A stretch of DNA of 64,000 nt. Origin: Azolla caroliniana. Lineage: Eukaryota > Plantae > Polypodiophyta. The translations under genes were made by a program, and so were the position numbers. The notes below the pieces were generated by a model, which worked only from the letters and a program-made list of their open reading frames with translations, ran no database searches and was not told the DNA's origin. Where the stretch lies: positions 22,196,001 through 22,260,000 of the forward strand of contig JBHGNT010000003.1 of the NCBI GenBank assembly GCA_043228905.1, read 5' to 3'. Shown one piece after another: positions 50,091 through 64,000 of the stretch (position 1 is its first letter; every line of letters starts with the position of its first letter).

Positions 50091-50649
50091 CATGGATAAA
50101 ATTTACATTTTGCCCTGCCTCGTCTTGTTTCATTGATGCTTGCTGTCTGCTTTCACACCTCTCTGGCTCTCCAGACAATTCTGCCTGGAGCACTCGTTTC
50201 TCACAATTTTCCTCTTGCTGCAGTCGTGGCCAATAGGGTGCAAATTCGCACTAAGTCTGACTCCCAAAGTCTTGACACACCCTTCAAGGCCAAACTAGTC
50301 AAATGTAAACTTCATGTTTGCAAGGTATGGGTTTGTTCGTTACCATGACTTTGTTGAACAATGGTTGTGCTTGGAAACTATGTTTGACTTCAGAAGAAAT
50401 GTAGAAGTATAAAGTAGAGGATGCAAAAATATAATTTTATTTACATTTAAAAATATGCACATTACCTCCTTACACTTTCGCATATATGTAGAAGAAACAC
50501 ACATACACATGTGCGTGTGTGCGCTTATTGACACCATCAGACATGTATAGATATATCTAAATCACTTACATACACATAGAGCACAAGCATACATTTACAA
50601 CTATGCTAATGTACATGTATACGTGGTCTCCTTCAAACACCTCACTCAA

Positions 50650-52130
50650 GATGCTTTTGAGCTTTTCCTTGAAAATAGTCATTTTCACACATTGATCTTC
50701 TCTTCTCTCTGTTATGCCTTCGATAGGTCATAGAATGAGTCAAGTCGGATGACACCCTTGACCAACTTAACCCCTTGGATGCCAATGGGTTGTGCACATA
50801 TTGTGATCAAATAGTCGATGACATTCTCTTGTAGATGGGCTAAGGTCTTTGCCATGCATTCTTAAATATTGTTTGGAGCCCAAATCAACACATCGATTAT
50901 ATGGTTTGATTTTTCTTTATATGATATCATGATGATCTCCATGTTTTGCACATAAAGGTAATTGAAATCTTTGCAAAACTTAATATCAACATTACTCTCT
51001 TCTTGTAAAGCATTTGTTAAATATCAGCTAGATCCTTGGAAACAATCTTGGTGTAAGGAAATTGGGACTTGAGTTTACATACTCTAGTATTCTACCCCCA
51101 TAAACATATGGATTATCATATGTGGTGGTTGTAGTAAAGGTTTTCCATCGGAGTTGTTCCATGCACAAGTGATTCTTGGATGGTAGTTGTCAACGTGGTT
51201 GGGATAAATATATTATATTATCCTCAATCCCAGTAGACATTTCTAAGGTTAATGGGAGCTAAGCATGCAACAAAGGTGCATTGTTTCCATCCTATCTACA
51301 AAAATCAAACCCCCTTCACTTTAGATTCGGTAACGGGTTCCATTGTTGATTCGTAGTTCTGTGAGTTCTCATAGTGATCAATTTTTCGTTGGGATTTTGA
51401 AAACGTACCAAGCTTCCCATGATCTGATTGCAGAACCAATTGGGATCAAGAATGATGCATATGATGAGTGGGGGATTGCTTGTAATTTTGTGTCAACGTC
51501 GGATATTGGGAATGTAAAATTTATCCATCCAAAATATCTCGAAACTTCGACTTGAATGGGTAAATTGGTAGGTGGTGGTTTATCTTGCGTGTAGATGACA
51601 TAAACCATTACAGGTCCAAGTATTTGCTGGGCAATCCCAAAGATATATTCTGTGAGACTTTTTGACTGAATGCTCCTTCTCTAGCATCCACTTTTGAATG
51701 TGATTTTTCTTGATGATTCTTTGAAAGGAGGGTTAATTATGTCAATCGCCTCTATCGAACTCAGACTAGTGAATTAATATTTTTCTCACACAGTTGGACT
51801 TGCAATGAGATCCACTTGATTGGCAGATCACGTTAAGAGCAATGTTGGATTTGTGGTTTTTCCTGAAGCTTTTGGTCTGTTTTGTCTTCTTCTAGTTTGC
51901 TATTTCTGGCTCTTCTTGGGACTGCAAACAAAAATGAGGCTTGATAAGAACTAGATCTTATGTTGGAGAGCATACAATCATGGAATGTGTGCTTAGCTCC
52001 ATCCTTTTTCTATGGCTCTTGGCTTAGACGATGCCTTGAATGCGTGAATGTGATAATTCCAGATGCCTCCATGGATTACGGGTATTTTGCGTAAATGGAG
52101 TGCATGATGGATAGATGGAATTAATCATCA
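50650..52130 (-). pseudogene. Degenerate Roco paralog (Roc-COR region), inverted relative to its neighbours
   Basis: Minus strand: HTFHDCML, IILDPNWFCNQIMGSL, LCCML, QPIGIQGVKLV, EDQCVKM. Confidence 0.82.
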
Positions 52131-52179
52131 TCCCATTACTATATGCATGAGGAGGCTGCATCATCAACCCAATAAGGTA

Positions 52180-54345
52180 TGGGTGAGGCAATTGTATCCC
52201 AGTATCTTGAGAACAACCTGCAACCTATGCGTGTTAGCTTGACACACTGGAATTCAGACGAAGACCGAGAAGCGTATGAGAAATTCAGAGTGACTATTGA
52301 TGGCTTGAAGTTACTCTCTCATCTGATTAACCTTCCCAATGTTAAGAAATTTCCTCATTGGTACCCAAGGTGGATATTGCATATTGCTCTATGGCATAAG
52401 GCATAAGAATAAATAGGGCATACTGCTTTCTGAGCAATTAATTGATGTTATCTAGCATGAATATGGCAAGGGAGATTGGTGGAGCAAAGACATGATGCGT
52501 CACTTGGGATGTGCCATTGTGGAACAAAGACTGGAGTACCTTTGGGCTGTCGCCAATTTTAGTTGGGGAGTAGTCCATCTCCTAAATCTATAGGGTCTCC
52601 ATTAATTGGAGTAGGAGCACAAGTTTCTTGCTGCATTGGCCGTAGCTAAATGAGCTCACTCTATCAAGCATCAACACAATGACAAAGGAGGAGCTAATCA
52701 ATTGGATGGAGCACCTAGCATCCTTGTTGAAGGAGGAGGAGAAAGCTAGCAAGAATGTAGAAACCAATGCTCATTCTGTATCCTGCGATCATATTCCTCA
52801 ATTTTACAGCCTTGAGTTAGCCTTCAGTCTGACTTTTCATTATTTAAGTTATTGGGTGTATGGATGGATACCGCCATTGAAGCACAACTTGAGAGGAATT
52901 GGAGCATGTTCATGTTGAGGGAACTTGAGAAGTACCTACAACATCTATGCGGTTGTTCATTTGTGGAGATGCATACGCAGGGAAGACGACCTGTCTATCC
53001 ACCATGCATTCCATCTATGTTGGACTCAAGGACAAGTTATGAGAGCTTATGACCAGTGGCAGCATCCAAATGTCTAACATTCAAGTTTTATATTGCATAA
53101 AATCAATTCACTTTAATGTAAGTTCCAAGAGGTTATAGAGGTAGTCAACTGTCCTTCGGGAGAAAGTTAAGAAACACTATTACTTGGCTCGAAGTTTATG
53201 CTAGAAAGAAGGTTCTGTCCATACTCTTGCTGAACATATCTTTGGCATGGCCAAGAAAATGCTTGAAGGTGTTATGGTTTATGAAATTTGCATAGAGGTA
53301 AGCAAACATCTTTCAAAGCATTCAAAGACATCAAACCAACAAATCATTGCATGGGGAATTGCCTCGTTCTTTAATGAGTCAAGAATTGTTATATATGTAA
53401 ACAATATAACACGCATCATTCTTGATCCCAACTGGTTCAGCAATCAGATAATGGGAAGCTTGATACATTTTTTAGAGTGAAAGAAAAAATCGACGGATAT
53501 GGAAATTCATGGAGTTGTGAATCGACTTTTCTAGGAGGAGAAGTTGGAACCAGTTACCAAATATAATATGAACGGGCCGTGATGGGTAGATTTGATGAAG
53601 CAATGAATCTTTGTTGCAAGATTCCAAATAACCTTATGTGATCAACGACGAATGAGAATATGGTGTTTATCTCTGCCACATTGAGAAATCCCATCAAAGG
53701 ATCACTAATGGGCATGGAAAAACTCCAATGGAGAACCTCACCCACAAGCATCTAAGATGATAATCCATTTGTATATATCGATAGAAGACTAGAGTGTGAA
53801 AACACGAACCTTACCTTACACCAGATTGTTCCCAAGGATTCAAGTGGTATTTAACAATGCTTTCCAAGAAGCGAGATCAAATGCTGAAATCATTTTTGTT
53901 AAAGAATTCATTTCCATCTCTGTGCTAAACATGGAGTTCATCGTAGTGTTCTATCTAGCAAAATCAAACCATGTGATAGATGTGTTGGTTTAAGCTGCAA
54001 ATGATATTCAAGAAACATACATGGAAGCGAATGTAATCAACCATTTGATTACAATATGTGCGCAACCCATTGGCATCAAAGGGGTTAAGTTGATCAAGAG
54101 TGTCATTTGGCCCGACTCTTTCTATGACCCATCGAATGCTAAAGACAAAGAAGATCAATGTTTCAAAATGACAACTTTGAAGGAAGAGTTGAGAAGGCAA
54201 CTTGAGCAAGGTGAGTGAAAATGTCATATTTTGAAGAAAACCAAATATATGGTTGCTTGTACAACAAACTCCTTAATAGATATCCTTGGTTCCAAGAATT
54301 ATTTAGACGTCTTCATGTCTTATAAAGCATGGTTGAAATATATGT
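52180..54345 (+). pseudogene. Degenerate Roco paralog from N-terminus to post-COR, with multiple deletions
   Basis: WNSDEDREAYEKFR..LSHLI; EELINWMEHL; MDTAIEAQLERNWSMFML; CGDAYAGKTT; ILDPNWFSNQIMGSLIHF; LFPRIQVVFNNAFQE; QPIGIKGVKLI; frameshifted and truncated by TE sequence. Confidence 0.88.
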
Positions 54346-54849
54346 TATCACAACATTTGTGTAATATGCTATAGGCTAGGTTTTGCATCACATCTTAGAT
54401 AGTACATAAAGACATAAGAAGTTTGGTTTTGGTACCATGCACAATTTTGTTATGTGTATATATACTACCTAGGCTGGGTTTGGTTTTTATATCATTGACT
54501 CGATGTTTTATGCTATGTTATTGTTTCATATTTTATAATTGGGAAACTCTTAAGTTAATTCACACGATGTAGCCTATAACTAACTTTCCCCATATTTGAG
54601 GAAGTTGATCATAAAAAGTAAGTTTCGAAGAAACCTCTCATGGTCATATGTCGAAACAGAACTGGAACAATGCATTCTTCGATGTTCCACGTCAGCTTGT
54701 AGGAAATGCAGGGATCTTAGATTCTCTCAGATAGTGAGATCACTGAGAAGACCGAGGAAAAATCAGTAGACTAGGAAAACCCCCTTATGATTACAAAGAT
54801 ATAGAATGGTTTATATAACAAATATCTATAGGCAGCTGGAATCCCAACG

Positions 54850-54985
54850 GTCACTTAATTAGGTCATACTATTCTAACTATGTCCACACCTAATAGCTAC
54901 TTAACTAGGTTCATACTATTCTAAGTATGTTCACACCAACAATCACTTAACTAGGTTCACATTATTCTAACTATTTTCACACCAA
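54850..54985. repeat. Three ~46-bp tandem units, probably inside a copia LTR / 3' region
   Basis: cacttaa(t/c)taggt(t)cata.tattctaa.tat.t.cacacc occurs three times. Confidence 0.7.
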
Positions 54986-55056
54986 AGCTTTCATATGATA
55001 CACATTAAGCATAAGAAACCCACCTGTATTGAATGGTGTGAACTTGAATGTTGTCA

Positions 55057-55332
55057 CTATCCAGATGTTGGAAGAATGCCCAATTCCTTCTGAAAATATT
55101 CAAACTTTTCTCCTGATAGATCCTTTGTAAAAATTTCTACAACATTTTCATGAGTTGGTACATAGATCAAGTTTATCTCTTTAGCATGGAACTGCACCCT
55201 CACAAAATGATAGTGCATCTCAATGTGTTTTGTTCGTGCATAGAAGATGGGATTTCTTGGAATAGCCAAGGCACTTTGACTATCTGTAAATATACCAGGA
55301 GGAGATGGTTTCTCAAGTGACAAATCAAACAA
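55057..55332 (-). mobile_element. Ty1/copia RNase H fragment
   Basis: DSQSALAI.RNPIFYARTKHIEMHYHFVR..ENVVEIFTK.L..F..F...LG, the copia RNase H signature. Confidence 0.9.
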
Positions 55333-55764
55333 TAATCTCTAACAATCGGCAACGGCTCGGTTCGGTTTGAGAGGGTCCTAACCGAACCGTTAAATTATTT
55401 TGAAACCTAAACCAAACCGATCCGAACCGAACCACGAAATCGTTAAACCAAACCATTAATTTTTTTTTCAAACCGTTAAGCCATTAAACCGGTAAAACCA
55501 TGGTTTCGGTTTTTAGCTTAGGTCAAATTTTAAATTTTAAAATTAAAAATTTCATTATTTAAAATTTTTAAATCTTAAAGATTTTCCTAAAATGTGAGAA
55601 TAAGGCGATTAGGGCCGTCCAACACAAAAAAAGCAAAAAGCAAAAATAACACTAAGTAAAAATAAAAATAAAAAATAGAAAGAGAAAAAATATAACTTTT
55701 GGGGGAGGGGATTTTTGAATTCTCTCTCTCTCTCCCTCTCTCTCTCTCACTCTCTCTCTTTATT

Positions 55765-55950
55765 GTAAGTACCTTACCCTATTGGTAAGTTGTTACACTA
55801 CGAGCACCATGTCTTGGGTTTGAAACCCAATTATCTCACCTCTCTATTACATACTTCATACATATCTATTCTAATTCACTATATGCCACTGTAGAATGTA
55901 GGGGTTGAACCCATGACCTCCAGGTCTCCATGGTGTAATCTTACCAACTG

Positions 55951-55984
<34 letters not shown>

Positions 55985-56035
55985 AATTAGCTTACCCTAT
56001 TGGTAAGTTGTTACACTACGAGCACTATGTCTTGT
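55765..56035. mobile_element. Cluster of tRNA-derived SINE-like heads (+ ~55765-55830, - 55899-55954, + ~55985-56035)
   Basis: Minus copy gactcagttggtaaga..gaggtcatgggttcaacccc has A-box and B-box-like motifs; plus copies read cttaccctattggtaag..gggtttgaaaccc; all adjoin (CT)n runs. Confidence 0.5.
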
Positions 56036-58301
56036 CTTGTTTATTTTACTTCATGGAGGGAAGCGAAATTTTTGGGTTTCTGAGTTATGTGATTGTTGCA
56101 ACTAGAAGATGAACATATGTGGTACAATCTCTGAAAAACTTGAGTTCCATTTGATTATGTGTATCTCTTGTTGATTCTGGTGTTTTTTCATAAAGTGTAA
56201 TATATACTACCTTTTTCGTTACGTGTGTTCCAGGTTTTGTTTTAATAAAACTTTTTCTCTTTGTATCATGCCATATATACTACCTTGATTGTTATAATTG
56301 GATTATGTATGTCATTCATATTCAAAAAGGCGAAGAGGAAAGGTACTCGCAAGTGATGTTGTGGCCAAAGAACAATAGCCTAAATATGTGAGTTTTTATG
56401 GTTAAATATTTGTACTTCATGGGCTTGCTAGAGGAAGAGGATGGACTCATAAAGAGACCAAGGTACATGTTCAAGACACTAGACCTAGGCACCTTTCATA
56501 TTATGGTATGAATTTATTTTCCTTTTGATGAATCGAACAACGATTCCAAAACATGGCATGGTTGCAAGAACTTAGAATCAATCGGAGGGAGTTTTCTGAG
56601 GAATATTTACCCAAGTGTTATATGATACTCATGATTTGGAAATATGTCAATGTACTTATGTATACAGTATAACCAATGGTGAAGTCTAAACTGATATGTG
56701 GTAGGAAATGCTCGGAATGGTTTTCCTAATTGAGATGTCTTTTAAACCTATATCTGTACAATAGATTTATAATGATTTTGAGAGTGTGTGATAATAAAAG
56801 TCTTACTTCATGTAAGAACACCCTTAGAACAATAAATTTGATATTGTCAACCTGATACATATGACTTGTGTCACATAAGCGTTAAATAAGAATGTCTTGC
56901 AGTTCCAAATTTATGATTTTCTGATTTTAAATATCATCTTGAATCTTCGAGCATTATGCCACTGACATTTGCAAGACTAAAGTAGAACATGATACAGGTT
57001 TCAAGTGTTGAATACATTGCTTGCTTTATGAGTTGTTCATGGAAAGTGATACATGGTCTTGTCATTGGTGATATAGAAATGTTGGTGGAAGAGTAGTATG
57101 ATGCTTAAGTGAGGTAACTTACAATTTGGTCACACATAAGGTGTGGCAAATAAAGCATACAATAAACATATTTCTCATACACTAGCCCACAATGCAAATG
57201 ATCCAAGCACAACCCTCAAAATATTTTAAGAGACCACTTTTAATTTCTACTAATTGTAAACAACACATCCACCAATATTACTCAGTGAATCCTGGAGGTG
57301 TGGCAAATAGAGCATAACATAAAGACAATGCAAGTTATTCTGCACAATCCATACAAACACAACACCTAAAACCATATTTCAAGAAACCATTTCATTTTTC
57401 ACTTCAACAAACCACAACCCTGCACATGTGCTCTTGCATTATGTTTGAACTCTTTGACCGCATGTATGCTATATTGGTTGGTAGCCTTTCGTAGAGAGCA
57501 TATCAATATAGCATCCAAGAACTCTCTCTACAGTGAGAGGGGGGTATCCACAAGACTGAGCTAAAAATACGTATTGGTATAATTGGGCATACGATGTCCA
57601 CAAGAGAGGAGGAAGTACACAAGACAGCCGGAGAGAAAGAAACAAGAGAGGAAGCACACAGGAGAGGAGAGGGGGAGATAAAACAGAAACAAGAGAGAGA
57701 GAGGAAGAACACAGAAAGGAGATCAGAGGAGACGGGGAGAGAAACAGAAACAAGAGCGAGGGAGAGGAAGAAAGACATTTGACTTTTGGCCCCAAAAAGG
57801 GGATTCTCTCTCTTCGTCTTTTCCTTCTTTATTTATTTAGTTTAGTTGTTCTTTTTCATATTTCTCTATTTTACTTTTCGATTTATTAGTATATCTAATT
57901 TCTAAATATAATTATGTGGACGGCCCTGATCGTCTGAGTCTTGGAGATTCCCCAAACCACACTTCAGGATCGTCCAAGCCGTAGATTCACGGGCTCTCAC
58001 TATCTAATGTTTGTGTATCAAATAGTGACGAGCGGAAAAATGCTGCTCCATTTTCTAGTTTCCGAATGCAAAAGTCTTTGGAGGTCGAAATTAAGCAGAA
58101 GACGATATTTATTATAAATACTCCTCTGCAGCTACTAGTCTAAGCAGTCAATTGAAGAAGCTTCGACAGCTTAATTACTTTCTGATTTGATTTAAATGCA
58201 TACGTACACTGATTATTCTCCTACATAATTGGGTTTGATTGATTCCCAACGCATTGATTATTAGTAATAGTAGTATACATAGATCTGTTAGTCTCAGTTA
58301 C

Positions 58302-59270
58302 ATGGCGGCTACATCATCATCCCAGCCTCATGAGTACGAGAACCGGCCACGACCTCACCGCCTCATCTGTAAGAAGTGGAGTAGAGAGGAGGTTCTTGCA
58401 GCATGCCAGAAATCCAGAGAGGCTCTCGATGTCTCGAGTACGCTCTCTCATCTCATTCACGTGTCTAATGCTCAGAGCCTCTTCGTCATCATTTGCAAGG
58501 CGGATGGAGATAACAGCATAGCTTATTGGCATCCTGACGATGAAGAAGAAGAAGCGCGAGAATGGGGGAGCAGAGACATGATGCTTGATTTGGGATGTGC
58601 GACTCCGGAGCAGAGACTGACTACCTCCAGGTTGCCGCCAATTTTAGCGGAGGAGCAGTCCATTTGATCATGGACGGAGAGGTTCTCCTCACCGGAGAAG
58701 AAAATGTGGCTTGGGTGGAGGCCCTCTCTGACCCCGCAGATTATGATGCGATCCCCAGGAGCCTCCTCATCAAAGTCTATGGGTTCGACCCTAAGAAAAG
58801 CAACGGCCTCACGCATCTCTCCCTGCAGCTCTGCCGCATGAGCGATGAGTGAGTGCAGGTGTTAAGTCACTTCAGATCCCTCACTAGCCTCCACCTTCAT
58901 CTTAATCCTTTGGATGTATGCCCAGAGTTCGTTGGGAAATTGGCGAACCTTCATCCCTCACATTCACCCCTCTCCGCCTCTCTCCAGAGACTGTACATCA
59001 CGCTCCGGACAAAATGAGAAGCGGGCAGATAATGGATTGGATGTATCACCTACCCTCGTCGTTGAATAAGAAAAAGAAGAGCCTGGCAGCACCTCTGCTG
59101 CATCATCCCCTGATCCAAGATCTCGATTATACAGTCTCTCCTTAGGATGTTATTTGCTAGGGGTGGGCCGAGATCCAAGACTCATAAGGGCTGTGGTGAT
59201 GGATGCACTCTCTCGATCCGGCCTTCCATTCCTTGAGCTGAAAGATTTAAGAGAGATGGATCCGACCATC
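58302..59270 (+). pseudogene. N-terminal (LRR) half of a Roco paralog, frameshifted and truncated before Roc
   Basis: MAATSSSQPHEYEN..KWSREEVLAACQKSREALDV..WGSRDMMLDLG; frameshift near 58620; AANFSGGAVHLIMDGEVLLTGEENVAWVEALSD; TGA at 58850; ends at DALSRSGLPFLELK..EMDPTIA. Confidence 0.88.
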
Positions 59271-60378
59271 GCTATTTTTTATTTTTTCTATCCTCGAACC
59301 TTGAGTCAAAACATACTATTTCCTTTTACTATATCAGGAAAATTAAGTTGTGACGTAAAGACTTACAAAAATCATAAAAAACTCAAGATAAATAAACAAA
59401 AACAATACTTGGATGCAATTCGAGAAATGACGTTAACTCAAGTTCCTGGTTTTATAACAAATGAATAGAGCAATAAAGGCGGTGCATTCGGTTAAAAACG
59501 AATACAGCATAGCAATGCATACATCATTGCAAGAACTAAATATTCGTAGTTTATACAAATAACTCATTTCAGTGAATAGTTTATACCAATGGTACAATTT
59601 TGTTGTGACTCCATTCTTTCTCTACATGACCTTGTGTACAATTTGGGTTCTCTGTTACCACATTCTAGAACGGCTCAGAAGAACTTTTAAATTTTTTTAT
59701 CTTCTTGAAATGTGATTGTAGACAAGTCAATAATTATATTGAAATAATGATGTATGCCAGTATGTTCAGCTGTAGTTGTAGACAAGTCAATGATTACATT
59801 GAAACATCAATGTATGGCAATGCCTGTGCCTTTTTTGGACATTGCTGATGGCATATCCATACATAAGCCATGGATATTGATTATTTTCTTTTTCCCAAAG
59901 TAGCTTATTTTTATGTGAAACATACCTGGAATAAGGATATAAATTATTTGAACCTTGAATGAATGTACACATTATTTCCGAGCCCACCTGCTTTGAAGCA
60001 AATATGTGAACCTTGAAAAGTAAAAACTGTATATCAATGTGAAATTTTATGACGAGACATTTTGTCCATCCGAAAATAGGATCAAATTGTTGATGTTTGT
60101 TTGATCTTTGATCGCCAATTGTTGTGAGAAATAAAGTTTCAGATTCTCAACGTTTGATCTTGTTCTGCAATTGTTCGGGTAAGCATCCTTATGCCACCTA
60201 AAGTATCCTTTGAATCCTGACAACATGGATAGTTTATTACTTAGATTGGAAAAATGGAAGAAAATTAAGGGGTTTGCAATCAAGCATCAAATCAACATAT
60301 TCTTTTAGAACAGCAGGCAAGTACATAGAGAGAACAAGAAACAGTTTATATAGGGAACATGAAACATGAAAAAAATTA

Positions 60379-64000
<3,622 letters not shown>

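Noticed and set aside
54850-54985. Regularly spaced repeats as a CRISPR-like array
   Set aside because: Eukaryotic context, degenerate units, no unique spacers, no cas genes; lies beside a copia remnant.
55899-55954. Functional tRNA gene
   Set aside because: Too short, with no complete acceptor stem or cloverleaf; better explained as a SINE head.
57469-57795. Leu/Ser-rich and Arg/Glu-rich ORFs
   Set aside because: Products of GA-rich low-complexity sequence.

Overview
Eukaryotic, intron-containing land-plant nuclear DNA; a fern or other non-seed plant is plausible but is only an inference. The window is dominated by a cluster of TORNADO1-like LRR-Roc-COR (Roco GTPase) sequences: one intact, intronless 1324-aa ORF (8092-12066, -) and about ten degraded, deleted or rearranged copies on both strands, which resembles birth-and-death evolution of immune-receptor clusters. 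Embedded in the cluster are two 2-exon paralogous S1-domain RNA-binding genes. They share about 79% identity over the 118-aa core of the last exon (hand count) but have unrelated N-terminal exons: one mitochondrial-presequence-like, the other plastid-transit-like plus a long N/Q/G/Y prion-like repeat. Also present: an ABC1K/UbiB atypical kinase with an altered KxGQ motif, an RD21-like papain/granulin protease running off the right edge, two DCP5/LSM14 gene fragments, and several transposon remnants (truncated Ty1/copia, solo LTR with 5-bp TSD, LINE RT, deleted hAT with TIRs, tRNA-derived SINE-like heads). All calls were made by eye, with no database searches.
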